Of a stretch of DNA of 38,376 nucleotides, positions 8,330 through 18,119 are shown in pieces. The DNA is from Pseudomonadota bacterium (GTDB taxonomy: Bacteria > Pseudomonadota > Alphaproteobacteria > MED-G09). The translations under genes and the position numbers were made by a program. The notes beneath the pieces are model-generated. The model had not been told where the DNA came from and made no database searches. It worked only from the letters and a program-made list of their open reading frames with translations. How positions within the stretch are numbered: the stretch's first letter is position 1; each line of letters opens with the position of its first letter. The DNA is taken from NCBI GenBank assembly GCA_036230365.1, contig JAZAJI010000016.1, positions 1 to 38,376 on the forward strand. Reading direction: 5' to 3'.

Positions 8330-10606
8330 TTAATTCCCTAAGTCACATGCAGCTATAGAGGCAAGATTTACCAATTCAGAAACAGTACAACCTCTTCTAG
8401 CAATTTGAACTGGTTTAGATACTCCAACCAATAAAGGCCCAACCAAAGTAGATCCTCCAAGTTCCTGAAGTAACTTAGTTGATATAGATGCAGAATGAAT
8501 AGCTGGCATTATAAGTACATTTGCAGGTTCAGTTAGTCTACAAAATGGATAAAATTTCATTGCCTCTGGATTAAGCGCTACATCTGCTGCCATTTCACCA
8601 TCATATTCAAAATCAACATTCCTATTATCTAAAATATTTACTGCCTCGCGCATAAAAGTTGATCTTTCTCCTTCAGGATAACCAAATGATGAATAAGCTA
8701 GAAGCGCTACATGAGGATCAAGACCGAGTTTTACTGCTAGATCTGCCCCTGCTTGGGTAATGTCAGCTATTTCTTCAGCACTAGGCATGTCGTGAACATT
8801 TGTATCACCAACAAGTACAGTTCTTCCTTCGGAAATAATCACTGATATACCAACTATTCTTTTGCCCTCTGCAGGGTCAAGAACTTTTCTTATATCTTCT
8901 AATGCTAAAGAATAGTTTCTTGTAGTGCCTGTAACCATTGCATCTGCATCGCCAAGGGATAACATGCATGCAGAGAAAATATTTCTATCATTATTAACCA
9001 TTCTTAAGCAATCTCTTGTAGAAAAACCTTTTCTTTGAAGTCTTGAATAAAGATAATCAACATATTCATTGGATCTTTCAGAAATTTCAGAATTAATTAT
9101 TTCAATACCAGATTGAAGCTGTTGCCCTATCTCAGATAGGGTTTTTTCAATTTTTTCTTCACTTCCAATTAAAACAGGAACTCCTAACCCGAGCTCACGG
9201 AAATTAAGTGCAGCTCTAATTACTCTTTCCTCCTCACCTTCTGCGAAGATAACTTTTTTCATTAATCTTTTTGCTTTTTGGAAGATTGGTTGCATTACAT
9301 CTGCAGCTGGATCAAGTCTTGCTGAGAGTTTATTTTTATAAATATCTTGATCAACAACTGGTATTCTCGCAACCCCCGAATCCATTGCAGCTTGTGCAAC
9401 AGCAGGAGGAATATCTCTAATTAATCTTGGATCAAAAGGAGCTGGAATTATATAATCTGGGCCATATCTAGGTCTAATCCCTGAATAAGCTGCAGCAACT
9501 TCATCAGGAACATCCTCTCTAGCTAGTTTTGCTAAAGCTTCTGCACAAGCAATTTTCATATCATCATTTATTGTTTTTGCTCTAACATCTAAAGCGCCTC
9601 TGAAAATATAAGGGAAACCAAGAACATTATTAACTTGGTTAGGGTAATCAGATCTTCCAGTGGCTATTATGCAATCTGGTCTAATTTCTTTAGCTAATTT
9701 AGGGTCTATCTCCGGATCCGGATTAGCCATTGCAAATATTATAGGCTTATCATTCATTGATTTAAGCATATCTTTTGTAAGGGCACCTTTTACTGAAAGG
9801 CCGAGAAAAATATCAGCTCCGTTAATTGCCTCTCCTAATGTTCTAGCATCTGTTTCTATTGCGTGCGCAGCCTTCCATTGATTTGTGTTTTCTTCACGCC
9901 CAATATAGATAGGTCCTTTAGAGTCGCATAAAATAGCATTATTATGAGGCAATCCCATTGATTTTAATAATTCAAGGCATGCTATGCCAGCTGCCCCAGC
10001 GCCGTTAACTACCACTTTTACATTATCAATTTCTTTTCCCGTTAAATCTAAAGCATTTATTATTCCAGCTGTTGAAATTATTGCTGTACCGTGTTGGTCA
10101 TCATGAAAAACGGGAATATCTAATTTTTCTCTCAATTCGCTTTCAATTATAAAACAATCTGGTGCACTTATATCCTCTAAATTTATACCTCCAAAACTTT
10201 GTCCAATATTTTCAACTGTTGAAGAAAATGCTGATGCATCTTCTGTATCAACCTCAATATCAATAGCATCTACATCTGCAAATCTTTTGAATAAAACTGC
10301 CTTACCTTCCATAACTGGTTTTGCAGCTAAAGGCCCTAAGTTACCAAGGCCAAGTATAGCGGAACCGTTCGAAATAACCGCAACCAAGTTTCCCTTAGAT
10401 GTATAGTCATAAACAGATTCAGGCTTTTCACTTATAGCTATTACAGGTGCTGCAACACCAGGAGAATATGCCAATGACAAGTCTGACTGAGTTTCCATAG
10501 GCTTAGTTGCTGAAATAGCAATTTTCCCCGGCTTTCCTTCCGCATGAAATTTTAAAGCTTCTTTTTCATCATAGCTTTCTTCAGAATTATCATCATCAAT
10601 AACCAT
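8330..10606 (-). CDS. maeB: NADP-dependent malic enzyme with a C-terminal phosphotransacetylase-like domain
   Basis: 758 aa. The malic-enzyme N-terminal part carries LSLAYSPGVA, FHDDQHGTA and the Rossmann motif VVNGAGAAG. The roughly 330-aa C-terminal part is a PTA-like domain. This is the typical MaeB architecture. Confidence 0.95.
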   Translation of the reverse strand: MVIDDDNSEESYDEKEALKFHAEGKPGKIAISATKPMETQSDLSLAYSPGVAAPVIAISEKPESVYDYTSKGNLVAVISNGSAILGLGNLGPLAAKPVMEGKAVLFKRFADVDAIDIEVDTEDASAFSSTVENIGQSFGGINLEDISAPDCFIIESELREKLDIPVFHDDQHGTAIISTAGIINALDLTGKEIDNVKVVVNGAGAAGIACLELLKSMGLPHNNAILCDSKGPIYIGREENTNQWKAAHAIETDARTLGEAINGADIFLGLSVKGALTKDMLKSMNDKPIIFAMANPDPEIDPKLAKEIRPDCIIATGRSDYPNQVNNVLGFPYIFRGALDVRAKTINDDMKIACAEALAKLAREDVPDEVAAAYSGIRPRYGPDYIIPAPFDPRLIRDIPPAVAQAAMDSGVARIPVVDQDIYKNKLSARLDPAADVMQPIFQKAKRLMKKVIFAEGEEERVIRAALNFRELGLGVPVLIGSEEKIEKTLSEIGQQLQSGIEIINSEISERSNEYVDYLYSRLQRKGFSTRDCLRMVNNDRNIFSACMLSLGDADAMVTGTTRNYSLALEDIRKVLDPAEGKRIVGISVIISEGRTVLVGDTNVHDMPSAEEIADITQAGADLAVKLGLDPHVALLAYSSFGYPEGERSTFMREAVNILDNRNVDFEYDGEMAADVALNPEAMKFYPFCRLTEPANVLIMPAIHSASISTKLLQELGGSTLVGPLLVGVSKPVQIARRGCTVSELVNLASIAACDLGN

Positions 10607-10666
10607 ATTTTTACCTATAAAAATAATATGAATTGCGATAACTATAGAAAAATAATAAATAAGTCA

Positions 10667-10733
10667 AGTATTTTATAATAAAATAATAAAAAAATACTAT
10701 TATATAAATTTTAATTACTAAATGAAGTATTTT
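10667..10733. promoter_or_regulatory. Three copies of the 8-mer AGTATTTT (two direct, one inverted) in the maeB-glnD divergent spacer
   Basis: AGTATTTT occurs at 10667-10674 and at 10726-10733. Its reverse complement AAAATACT occurs at 10691-10698, forming an 8-bp inverted repeat with the first copy across a 16-nt spacer. I read these directly from the sequence. The function is unknown. Confidence 0.3.
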
Positions 10734-10810
10734 CTTTTAATAAATCCTAATTTTGTGAATATAGTTTTTATTCGTGTTTATGATTTAATCTTTTAGTTCT
10801 ATAAGAAGAA

Positions 10811-13558
10811 ATGGATAAATTATTAGATGGCTTAATAGATAAGAAATCAAACACATTTTTATCTTCTTTTTCTAATGTAAATATTAGAGAAAATAGAGAT
10901 ATTTATAAGAATGTTGTTAATCAGACTAAAGATATTATTAATAACTCTCTTGAATTAGCAAGGTTAAGGCTTGAAAACGGAGAATACAAAGGATCAGAAT
11001 GTGCTGAGCAGATTTCTCACTTATATGATTTTATTATAAAAAGTTATTTTGAATATTTATCGTCTTCTAGTGATAGTTCTCAAAACAAAACTGATTTTGA
11101 AAAAATAGCGATTTTAGCTACTGGAGGATATGGTAGAGGAAAAATTGCCCCTGATTCAGATATTGATTTACTTTTCTTAATGCCTTTTAAAAAAACTGCA
11201 TGGTCCGAAACAATAACAGAAAATCTTTTGTATTTTCTTTGGGACTTAGGATTGAAGATTGGTCATGCAACAAGAAATATAAATGAATGTATATCTCTTT
11301 CCCTTCAAGACCAAACGATAACAACATCACTTCTTGATGCAAGATTTATTTGTGGCGATGAGGAAGTCGCAATAGTTTTTGAAAAAAGTTTTAGGCAAAG
11401 TATTTCTAAAAGATCTTCAAATGATTTCATTAAAATTAAACTTGAAGAAAGAGAAAGCAGGCATATTAAAGAAGGGCAATCTAGATATTTAGTTGAACCT
11501 AATATTAAGAACAGCAAAGGGGGCTTAAGAGATTTGGAGAGTTTATCATGGATGACAAATTTTTGTTATGAAGCTGCTAGGCCATCCCAAATGATTAAAA
11601 AAGATATACTTTCCAATGAAGAGGCCGCAATTTTTAGAAGATGTGAAAATTTTTTATGGCATGTGCGATGCCAGCTTCATTTTTTAGAAAAGAGTTCAAA
11701 TGACACAATTAATTTTAATGCTCAAGTTAATATGGCAGATAAATTAGGATATTTAGAAAGAAAAGGATTAAAGCCAGTAGAAAGATTTATGAAGCATTAT
11801 TTTCTTGTAGCTAAAGAGGTAGGCGACCTTACTAGATCTGTATGTCATATTCTTGAAGAAAAGCACAGGGTAAGCTTTGCTCCAATTTCTTTATTCAGAA
11901 AAATTCTTGAATTACCTTCAAAATTAATTTCTTCTGGTGGAGGGATTGGTTTTTTTGTTACTAAAGGAAGATTGAATATTACTAACAATAATGTTTTTAA
12001 AAAAGATCCACATAAAATTATATTATTCTTTTTTTTGATGAGTAAAAATAGTCTGTCTGCTCATCCTAATGCAATAAGAGTAATACGAAAATCACTTAAG
12101 CTTATTGACCACAGGTTACGGAATAATATTAAAACTAATAAATTATTTATCGATTTATTAGCTAATTCTAATGCTGAAACCACATTAAGATCTATGAATG
12201 AGACTGGAGTTTTGGGGAAATTCATTCCTGATTTTGGGCAAATAGTTGGATTAATGCAATTTAATATGTATCACCATTATACTGCCGATGAGCACCTAAT
12301 AAAGGCTGTAGGAGAATTAAATAAGATATTTTTCTCAAAAAATAAAGAATACCAAATTTTAAATAATTTAATCTTGAATGATGAGGAAAAGAGAATTCTC
12401 ATTTTAGCAATTTTCTTTCATGACATAGCAAAAGGCAGAGAAGGCGATCATTCAGAGGAAGGAAAAAAGGTTGTAAAGAAAATGGCCAAGAGGCTTTGTT
12501 TATCCGAAAAGGAAGAAGAAACGATAAGTTGGCTAGTTCTTGATCATCTTAAAATGAGTGATTTTGCTCAAAGAAGAGATATCCAAGACCCTGTCACAAT
12601 TAAGGATTTTGCTGAAATTATACAAACAACAAAAAGACTAAAATTATTATTATTTTTAACAGTAGCAGATATAAGGGCTGTGGGGCCAGGAGTCTGGAAT
12701 GATTGGAAGGGTGAATTATTAAAAAATTTATATGACGAAACTTATTTAGCATTAACAGGAAACTTTTCAGAACAAGAAAGAAAGAATAAAGTCCTTTTAA
12801 TTAAGAATGAAGTTAATAAAGCGCTTCCAAATCTTAATAATAAGTTAAAGCAATCATTAATTGATAATTTAGATGATAGCTACTGGTTATCTGTGCCAGC
12901 AGATATTCAAAAAAGAAATTTAATTTATTTAAGCCAAGGGCTTAAAAATAAAGAGAAAGAAATCATTGATGTTTATAATAATGATCAAGCTTCATCAACT
13001 ATCCTCACAATATATACGAAAGATAAACCAAGGTTGTTTCAAAGAATATCTGCAGGATGTCTTGATTTAGGAATAAGTATAGTTGATGCAAGAATCTTTT
13101 CTAATAAAGATGATTCAGTTCTAGATATTTTATGGATCCAAGATGCTTTTGGTAAAAAGATTACTGATGAGAGTAGGCTAGCGAGATTAAAGGAAAGAAT
13201 TTTAGAATTCATTACAGATAAAAATATACCTAGTATTAAAATAAATTATAAATTAGACAAAAGGGTAACAGCATTTGATGTAGCGCCTTATGTTGAAATA
13301 GATAATTCATTATCAGATAGATTTTCAGTAATTGAGGTAAGTGGGAAAGATCGTCCAGGTTTATTATATAATTTAACAAAATCTCTATCTGATATGAATA
13401 TAAATATTCGAAGTGCACATATTGCCACTTTTGGCGAGAGAGCTACTGATGTTTTTTATGTGCTTTCTCAAAATGGTGAGAAAGTTTTTTCAAGAAAAAA
13501 GATAAATTCAATTAAGGACGAACTTACAAAATCAATTATAATTACTGATAATGTCTAA
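10811..13558 (+). CDS. glnD: Bifunctional [protein-PII] uridylyltransferase/uridylyl-removing enzyme
   Basis: 915 aa. Nucleotidyltransferase motif GGYGRGKIAPDSDIDLLFL, HD domain (HHYTADEHL...FFHDIAKG), and two C-terminal ACT-like repeats (ILTIYTKDKPRLF..., IEVSGKDRPGLLY...). Confidence 0.95.
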   Translation: MDKLLDGLIDKKSNTFLSSFSNVNIRENRDIYKNVVNQTKDIINNSLELARLRLENGEYKGSECAEQISHLYDFIIKSYFEYLSSSSDSSQNKTDFEKIAILATGGYGRGKIAPDSDIDLLFLMPFKKTAWSETITENLLYFLWDLGLKIGHATRNINECISLSLQDQTITTSLLDARFICGDEEVAIVFEKSFRQSISKRSSNDFIKIKLEERESRHIKEGQSRYLVEPNIKNSKGGLRDLESLSWMTNFCYEAARPSQMIKKDILSNEEAAIFRRCENFLWHVRCQLHFLEKSSNDTINFNAQVNMADKLGYLERKGLKPVERFMKHYFLVAKEVGDLTRSVCHILEEKHRVSFAPISLFRKILELPSKLISSGGGIGFFVTKGRLNITNNNVFKKDPHKIILFFFLMSKNSLSAHPNAIRVIRKSLKLIDHRLRNNIKTNKLFIDLLANSNAETTLRSMNETGVLGKFIPDFGQIVGLMQFNMYHHYTADEHLIKAVGELNKIFFSKNKEYQILNNLILNDEEKRILILAIFFHDIAKGREGDHSEEGKKVVKKMAKRLCLSEKEEETISWLVLDHLKMSDFAQRRDIQDPVTIKDFAEIIQTTKRLKLLLFLTVADIRAVGPGVWNDWKGELLKNLYDETYLALTGNFSEQERKNKVLLIKNEVNKALPNLNNKLKQSLIDNLDDSYWLSVPADIQKRNLIYLSQGLKNKEKEIIDVYNNDQASSTILTIYTKDKPRLFQRISAGCLDLGISIVDARIFSNKDDSVLDILWIQDAFGKKITDESRLARLKERILEFITDKNIPSIKINYKLDKRVTAFDVAPYVEIDNSLSDRFSVIEVSGKDRPGLLYNLTKSLSDMNINIRSAHIATFGERATDVFYVLSQNGEKVFSRKKINSIKDELTKSIIITDNV

Positions 13559-15083
13559 AAAAGAAAATCCATCACGTAATATCTTTATAGTTAGTTTCTT
13601 TACAGCCGTAAGCAGAATTTTAGGGTTGATAAGAGACATGCTTTTTAGCAGATTAATAGGTATAAGCTATGTTGCAGATGCATTCTTTATTGCCTTAAGG
13701 TTACCTAATATTTTCAGAAGAATTACTGCTGAAGGGGCTTTCTCAGCATCTTTTATACCTATCTTTTCAAAAGAGTTTTTTATTAGTAAGAGGAATTCTA
13801 TAAGATTTTCTGAAGATATTTTATATTATATGATTATTTCTATAACCCTTTTGACTATTTTTGTTCAAATTTTAATGCCTTTGGTTATTTATATTTTGGC
13901 AGGCGGATTCAATCAAAACTTAACAAAACTTGAATTAGCCATAAGTTATTCAAGAATTACTTTACCTTATATAATTTTTATATCTCTAAGCTCTCTCGGT
14001 TCAGCGATAATAAATAGCAGAGGTAGGTTTTTTGCTACTTCTCTTACGCCAATTTTTTTAAATCTATTCCTTATAGGGGCACTTCTAATACCAGTATCTG
14101 ACTTAGTTCATAGAGGTTTTTTACTTTCCTTTGCCGTATCTTTTTCAGGTATTATTCATTTTGTTATGATTTTCTTTCTCCTATCAAAGAGAGGGTTTTC
14201 CTTGAATCTTAGAAAGCCAAAGAAAAATGAATCTATCAATAAATTTTCTAACCTTGCAAGACCACAAACAATTTCTGGTTTAGCAATACAATTTAATATT
14301 TTGATTTCAGGTTTTATTGCGTCTTTTAAGGAGGGAGGAATTTCAATACTTTATTATGCCGAAAGGCTTTATCAATTTCCTTTGGCGTTAATAGGAATTT
14401 CTATTGGTGCGGTTATTTTACCTTACTTGGCATCATTAAATTTAGATAATCAAAAGGATGAATTAACGAATATATTAAGTAATACTCTTAAAATTGCTTT
14501 AGTTTTAATAATACCTGCCTCAATTGGTTTGATAGTGTTGTCTAATTTAATTGTTAGCGTAATATATGAATACGGCGTTTTTGGTAGTTATGAGGTAGGA
14601 ATAGTTTCTAATGCTCTTATTGGTTTTTCTTTCGGATTACCGGCATTTGTTTTAATAAGAATCTTTTCATCAATATTTTATTCAATGTCTGATACTAGGA
14701 ATCCATTATTTTATAGTCTTATCGCAATTTCTATAAATATTTTATTATCTATTCCAATGTTTATATATTTTGGCATTATTGGAATTGGCTATGCAACTTC
14801 TATTGCGTCATGGATACATGCATTAATATTTTACTTTAAATTAAAGGAAATATTATTATTTCAATTTAATAGAGGTTTGGTTCTTGACTTAGTAAAGATT
14901 CTAATCAGTTCAAGTTTTATGGGAATATTTATTTACTATTTTCACGATAAGTTTATATTTTTATTCCCAGTTATCTCACTCTTTATTTTAGTTTTAATTG
15001 GTATTATCATTTATTTTTCTATTCTGTTTTTGGTAGGTGTTTATACGAAAGATGATATAAAGACTTTTACTAAGAACTTTTAA
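13551..15083 (+). CDS. murJ: Lipid II flippase MurJ (MviN)
   Basis: N-terminal motif SRILGLIRDMLFSRLIG, about 14 predicted TM segments and a length of 510 aa. It overlaps glnD by 8 nt. Confidence 0.92.
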   Translation: MSKKENPSRNIFIVSFFTAVSRILGLIRDMLFSRLIGISYVADAFFIALRLPNIFRRITAEGAFSASFIPIFSKEFFISKRNSIRFSEDILYYMIISITLLTIFVQILMPLVIYILAGGFNQNLTKLELAISYSRITLPYIIFISLSSLGSAIINSRGRFFATSLTPIFLNLFLIGALLIPVSDLVHRGFLLSFAVSFSGIIHFVMIFFLLSKRGFSLNLRKPKKNESINKFSNLARPQTISGLAIQFNILISGFIASFKEGGISILYYAERLYQFPLALIGISIGAVILPYLASLNLDNQKDELTNILSNTLKIALVLIIPASIGLIVLSNLIVSVIYEYGVFGSYEVGIVSNALIGFSFGLPAFVLIRIFSSIFYSMSDTRNPLFYSLIAISINILLSIPMFIYFGIIGIGYATSIASWIHALIFYFKLKEILLFQFNRGLVLDLVKILISSSFMGIFIYYFHDKFIFLFPVISLFILVLIGIIIYFSILFLVGVYTKDDIKTFTKNF

Positions 15084-15097
15084 AATTTGGTTTATTA

Positions 15098-16117
15098 ATG
15101 TCTGTTGGAAATAAAGATAGAGTATTTTCAGGGGTACAACCTTCTGGATCACTCCATATAGGAAATTATCTTGGGGCTATAAGCAATTTTGTGAATTTTC
15201 AAGATGAATACGATTCTATTTTTTGTATTGTTGACCTTCATGCTATCACAGTTTGGCAGGACCCAAATGTTTTAAATAATAATATAATTGATGTTGCTGC
15301 ACTATATATAGCTTCCGGAATTGATCCAAATAAATCTACAATTTTTGTTCAATCCCATATTCCCGCTCATTCAGAATTAGCTTGGATATTAAATTGTATA
15401 TCGCGAATTGGCTGGTTGAATAGAATGACTCAGTTTAAGGAAAAGGCAGGAAAGAATAGAGAAAAAGCTTCTGCTGGTTTGTATGTTTATCCAAATCTTA
15501 TGGCTTCAGATATACTTCTTTACCATGCTAATTTGGTGCCTGTTGGTGATGACCAAAAACAACATTTAGAAATTACACGTGATATAGCTCAAAAGTTTAA
15601 TAATGACTTTAAGGATTTTGGAGGGGAAAACTTTTTTCCTTTGCCTGAACCTATGATACTCCCCGTGGCTTCTAGAGTTATGTCTCTTAGAGATGGACTT
15701 AAAAAGATGTCTAAATCAGATAGTTCAGAGATGACCAGAATTGAACTTCTAGATAATAATGACTTAATTACCAAAAAAATATCTAAAGCTAAAACAGACC
15801 CTCTTCCTATGCCAGAACAAGTAAGTGATTTAGAAAGCAGACCAGAAGTTAGTAATTTAATAAATATTTATTCAGCATTTTCAAAAGAAGAAGTTGTGGC
15901 TGTTATAAATAAATTTGAAGGAAAGCCTCTTTCTGAATTTAAGAATGAATTAAGAGATGTTGTGGTAAATCAAATTGAACCAATTCGTGAAGAATTTATT
16001 AAACTTAAGAAAGAAAATATATATATCACTGATATACTTGATAAGGGAAGGATCAAGGCTAAAGAGAAATCAGATCCTATTCTAAATCAAATTAAGTCAA
16101 TTGTTGGGTTAGGTTAA
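15098..16117 (+). CDS. trpS: Tryptophan--tRNA ligase
   Basis: Class I aaRS signatures: the HIGH-type SLHIGNYLGA, and KMSKS. The VPVGDDQKQHLE motif is typical of TrpRS. Confidence 0.96.
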   Translation: MSVGNKDRVFSGVQPSGSLHIGNYLGAISNFVNFQDEYDSIFCIVDLHAITVWQDPNVLNNNIIDVAALYIASGIDPNKSTIFVQSHIPAHSELAWILNCISRIGWLNRMTQFKEKAGKNREKASAGLYVYPNLMASDILLYHANLVPVGDDQKQHLEITRDIAQKFNNDFKDFGGENFFPLPEPMILPVASRVMSLRDGLKKMSKSDSSEMTRIELLDNNDLITKKISKAKTDPLPMPEQVSDLESRPEVSNLINIYSAFSKEEVVAVINKFEGKPLSEFKNELRDVVVNQIEPIREEFIKLKKENIYITDILDKGRIKAKEKSDPILNQIKSIVGLG

Positions 16118-16306
16118 TTTATCGAGAAGAATTAATTGTCGTCAATTTTTAGCTATTATTGCCTAAGATGGCAAAGGTGATTTACCTAGTGAACAGGTTG
16201 AAGTTATACAAAATGTGGATTTTCTTTTCCAGTTGTAGTAATACCAGTTAATATTAATGATAAATTGATAGATAAATTGCTTGGTATAAAATAAATGAGG
16301 TAAAAG

Positions 16307-16861
16307 ATGTTTATACAAACCGAAGAAACACCGAACCCTGAAACATTAAAATTTATTCCTGGTGAAGAAGTTTTGGGAGCAGAATCTTCAAAATATTTTA
16401 AAGATGCAGAAGCTGCGCAAGTTTCTCCATTAGCTGTTTCACTATTTTCCATTGATGGAGTTGAAAGTGTATACTTGGCTTCAGACTTTTTAACTGTGAC
16501 TCTTAAAGGTCATAAATGGGATAATAAAAAAACTGAAATCCTTTCTAAGATAGTTAATCATTATTTATCAGACCAACCTATTATAGAAGATGGCGCTAAA
16601 ATAGATAATAATCCTGAATTAAATGATGAAATTTCTATCAAGATTAATGATATTATTGAAGAAAAAGTTCGTCCCGCAGTGGCTCGAGATGGTGGTGATA
16701 TTATTTTTAATAAATTTCAAGATGGCATTGTTTATATTACTATGCAGGGGTCATGTGATGGATGTCCAGCATCTGAAATGACACTAAAAAATGGTGTAGA
16801 AAACTTGCTAAAGCATTTTGTTCCTGAGGTTGATAGCGTAGTACCATTACAAAATGATTAA
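16307..16861 (+). CDS. NifU/Nfu-type Fe-S cluster assembly protein (Nfu_N domain plus NifU C-terminal CxxC domain)
   Basis: N-terminus is ETPNPETLKFIPG (Nfu_N type). The C-terminal domain has VRPAVARDGGDI and GSCDGCPAS. A GAGG SD lies upstream. Confidence 0.88.
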   Translation: MFIQTEETPNPETLKFIPGEEVLGAESSKYFKDAEAAQVSPLAVSLFSIDGVESVYLASDFLTVTLKGHKWDNKKTEILSKIVNHYLSDQPIIEDGAKIDNNPELNDEISIKINDIIEEKVRPAVARDGGDIIFNKFQDGIVYITMQGSCDGCPASEMTLKNGVENLLKHFVPEVDSVVPLQND

Positions 16862-17438
16862 AAATAACGAAAGTAAAGATATTTTTGTTAACGCAAGAAC
16901 GCATAATGACTGGTTAAATAAGGATGTGCCAGATCAATTATTACACGAGCTTTATGATCTTATGAAATGGGGGCCAACAAGTGCTAATTGCTCTCCTGCG
17001 AGAATTATATTTATTAAATCTAAAGAAGCAAAAAAAAGATTATCCAATTTTCTAATTGAATCGAATCTTGAAAAGACAATGGCTGCTCCAGTTAATGCTA
17101 TTATAGCTTATGATAAGGAGTTTTATGAATTTATTCCTAAATTATTTCCTCACAACCCTGAGGCAAAAGAATGGTTTTCTTGGTCAGAAGAATTTGCTGA
17201 AACAACTGCTTTTAGAAATAGTTCTTTGCAAGGTGCATATTTTATAATATCCGCAAGAATATTAGGTTTAGATTGCGGGCCAATGTCTGGATTTGATAAT
17301 GATGGGGTTGATAAAGAATTTTTTTCTGATTCAACTCATAAATCTAATTTTATTTGTAATATTGGGTATGGCGATAATAGCAAACTTTTTGACAGATCTC
17401 CTCGCTTTGACTTTGATGAAGTTTGCAAAATCCTTTAA
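16854..17438 (+). CDS. RutE-family nitroreductase (putative malonic semialdehyde reductase)
   Basis: Nearly colinear with my recollection of E. coli RutE: ARTHN.W, LMKWGPTSANCSPARI.FI, TAFRNSS.Q.AY.I...R.LGLD.GPMSGFD, NIGYGD.SKLF.R.PR. No other rut genes are in the window. Confidence 0.82.
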   Translation: MIKNNESKDIFVNARTHNDWLNKDVPDQLLHELYDLMKWGPTSANCSPARIIFIKSKEAKKRLSNFLIESNLEKTMAAPVNAIIAYDKEFYEFIPKLFPHNPEAKEWFSWSEEFAETTAFRNSSLQGAYFIISARILGLDCGPMSGFDNDGVDKEFFSDSTHKSNFICNIGYGDNSKLFDRSPRFDFDEVCKIL

Positions 17439-18119
17439 ATGAGTATTCTATTTATAGATACTAATTTTGGTTTAAGTACAGCGACTTTAGTTGATCAAGA
17501 AAAAAATTGTTTCAACTCATCAAATAATTCCAAGCTTAGACAGTCAGAGACAATTGCTTCTGTAGTAAAAGAAACGCTTAATAAATCAAATAAAAGTATA
17601 GACGATATTAGTTGCTTAATGGTTACAAATGGACCAGGTAATTTTACAAGTATAAGGGTTGGAATTTCCTTCGCCTTAGGTCTGGCAAAAGGCATTAATA
17701 AGCCAGTTTATTCTCTTTCATCTTTAGAATTTTTATCGTTTTTCGACGATAAAAAACTATTAAAGAGAAAAGAAATAATTACTCTTTTACCCTCTCGTGG
17801 GGATGAATTTTTTATACAAACATTTTGTGGAAAAGGTAAAAATCTTACTGAAATAGAGAAAATAAATAAGACGGATATAGAGGATAAATTTTCTCCAGAT
17901 AAATTTATTATATCTAAGAGTTCATTACATAATAATGAATATGGGTTAAGTAACAAATATGAAATTTTTGATAGAACTTTTGAAGAATTATCAATAATTA
18001 TAGCATCAGAAATATTATCAAAATCAGACAAAGTTAATACATTTAAAAAAATTAATTATTTTTCCGATCCATCAGCAGAAAAAGTAAGTTCATCATGGTA
18101 TATGAAAAAGAAAAATTAG
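17439..18119 (+). CDS. tsaB: tRNA t6A37 biosynthesis protein TsaB (YeaZ)
   Basis: Has the ASKHA/YeaZ motif TNGPGNFTSIRVGISFALGLA and the conserved tsaB-rimI adjacency. The C-terminal half is divergent. Confidence 0.8.
   Translation: MSILFIDTNFGLSTATLVDQEKNCFNSSNNSKLRQSETIASVVKETLNKSNKSIDDISCLMVTNGPGNFTSIRVGISFALGLAKGINKPVYSLSSLEFLSFFDDKKLLKRKEIITLLPSRGDEFFIQTFCGKGKNLTEIEKINKTDIEDKFSPDKFIISKSSLHNNEYGLSNKYEIFDRTFEELSIIIASEILSKSDKVNTFKKINYFSDPSAEKVSSSWYMKKKN

Noticed and set aside
16168-16251. 27-codon + strand small ORF (MAKVIYLVNRLKLYKMWIFFSSCSNTS) inside the 189-nt trpS-nfu spacer.
   Set aside because: It has no Shine-Dalgarno. At roughly 8% stop frequency per codon in this composition, a 27-codon open stretch has about a 10% chance per frame, so it is not significant on its own. 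It would become interesting only if conserved in relatives.
16204-16452. 82-aa minus-strand ORF spanning the trpS-nfu spacer and the first 146 nt of the Nfu-type gene.
   Set aside because: It is antisense to a confidently identified gene. The product is low-complexity with no recognisable motif, no SD is present, and stop-free antisense frames of this length are common.
17295-17303. GATAATGAT, a Fur-box-like half-site.
   Set aside because: It is inside the RutE-family coding sequence (encoding FDNDG), only 9 nt long, and has no second half-site.
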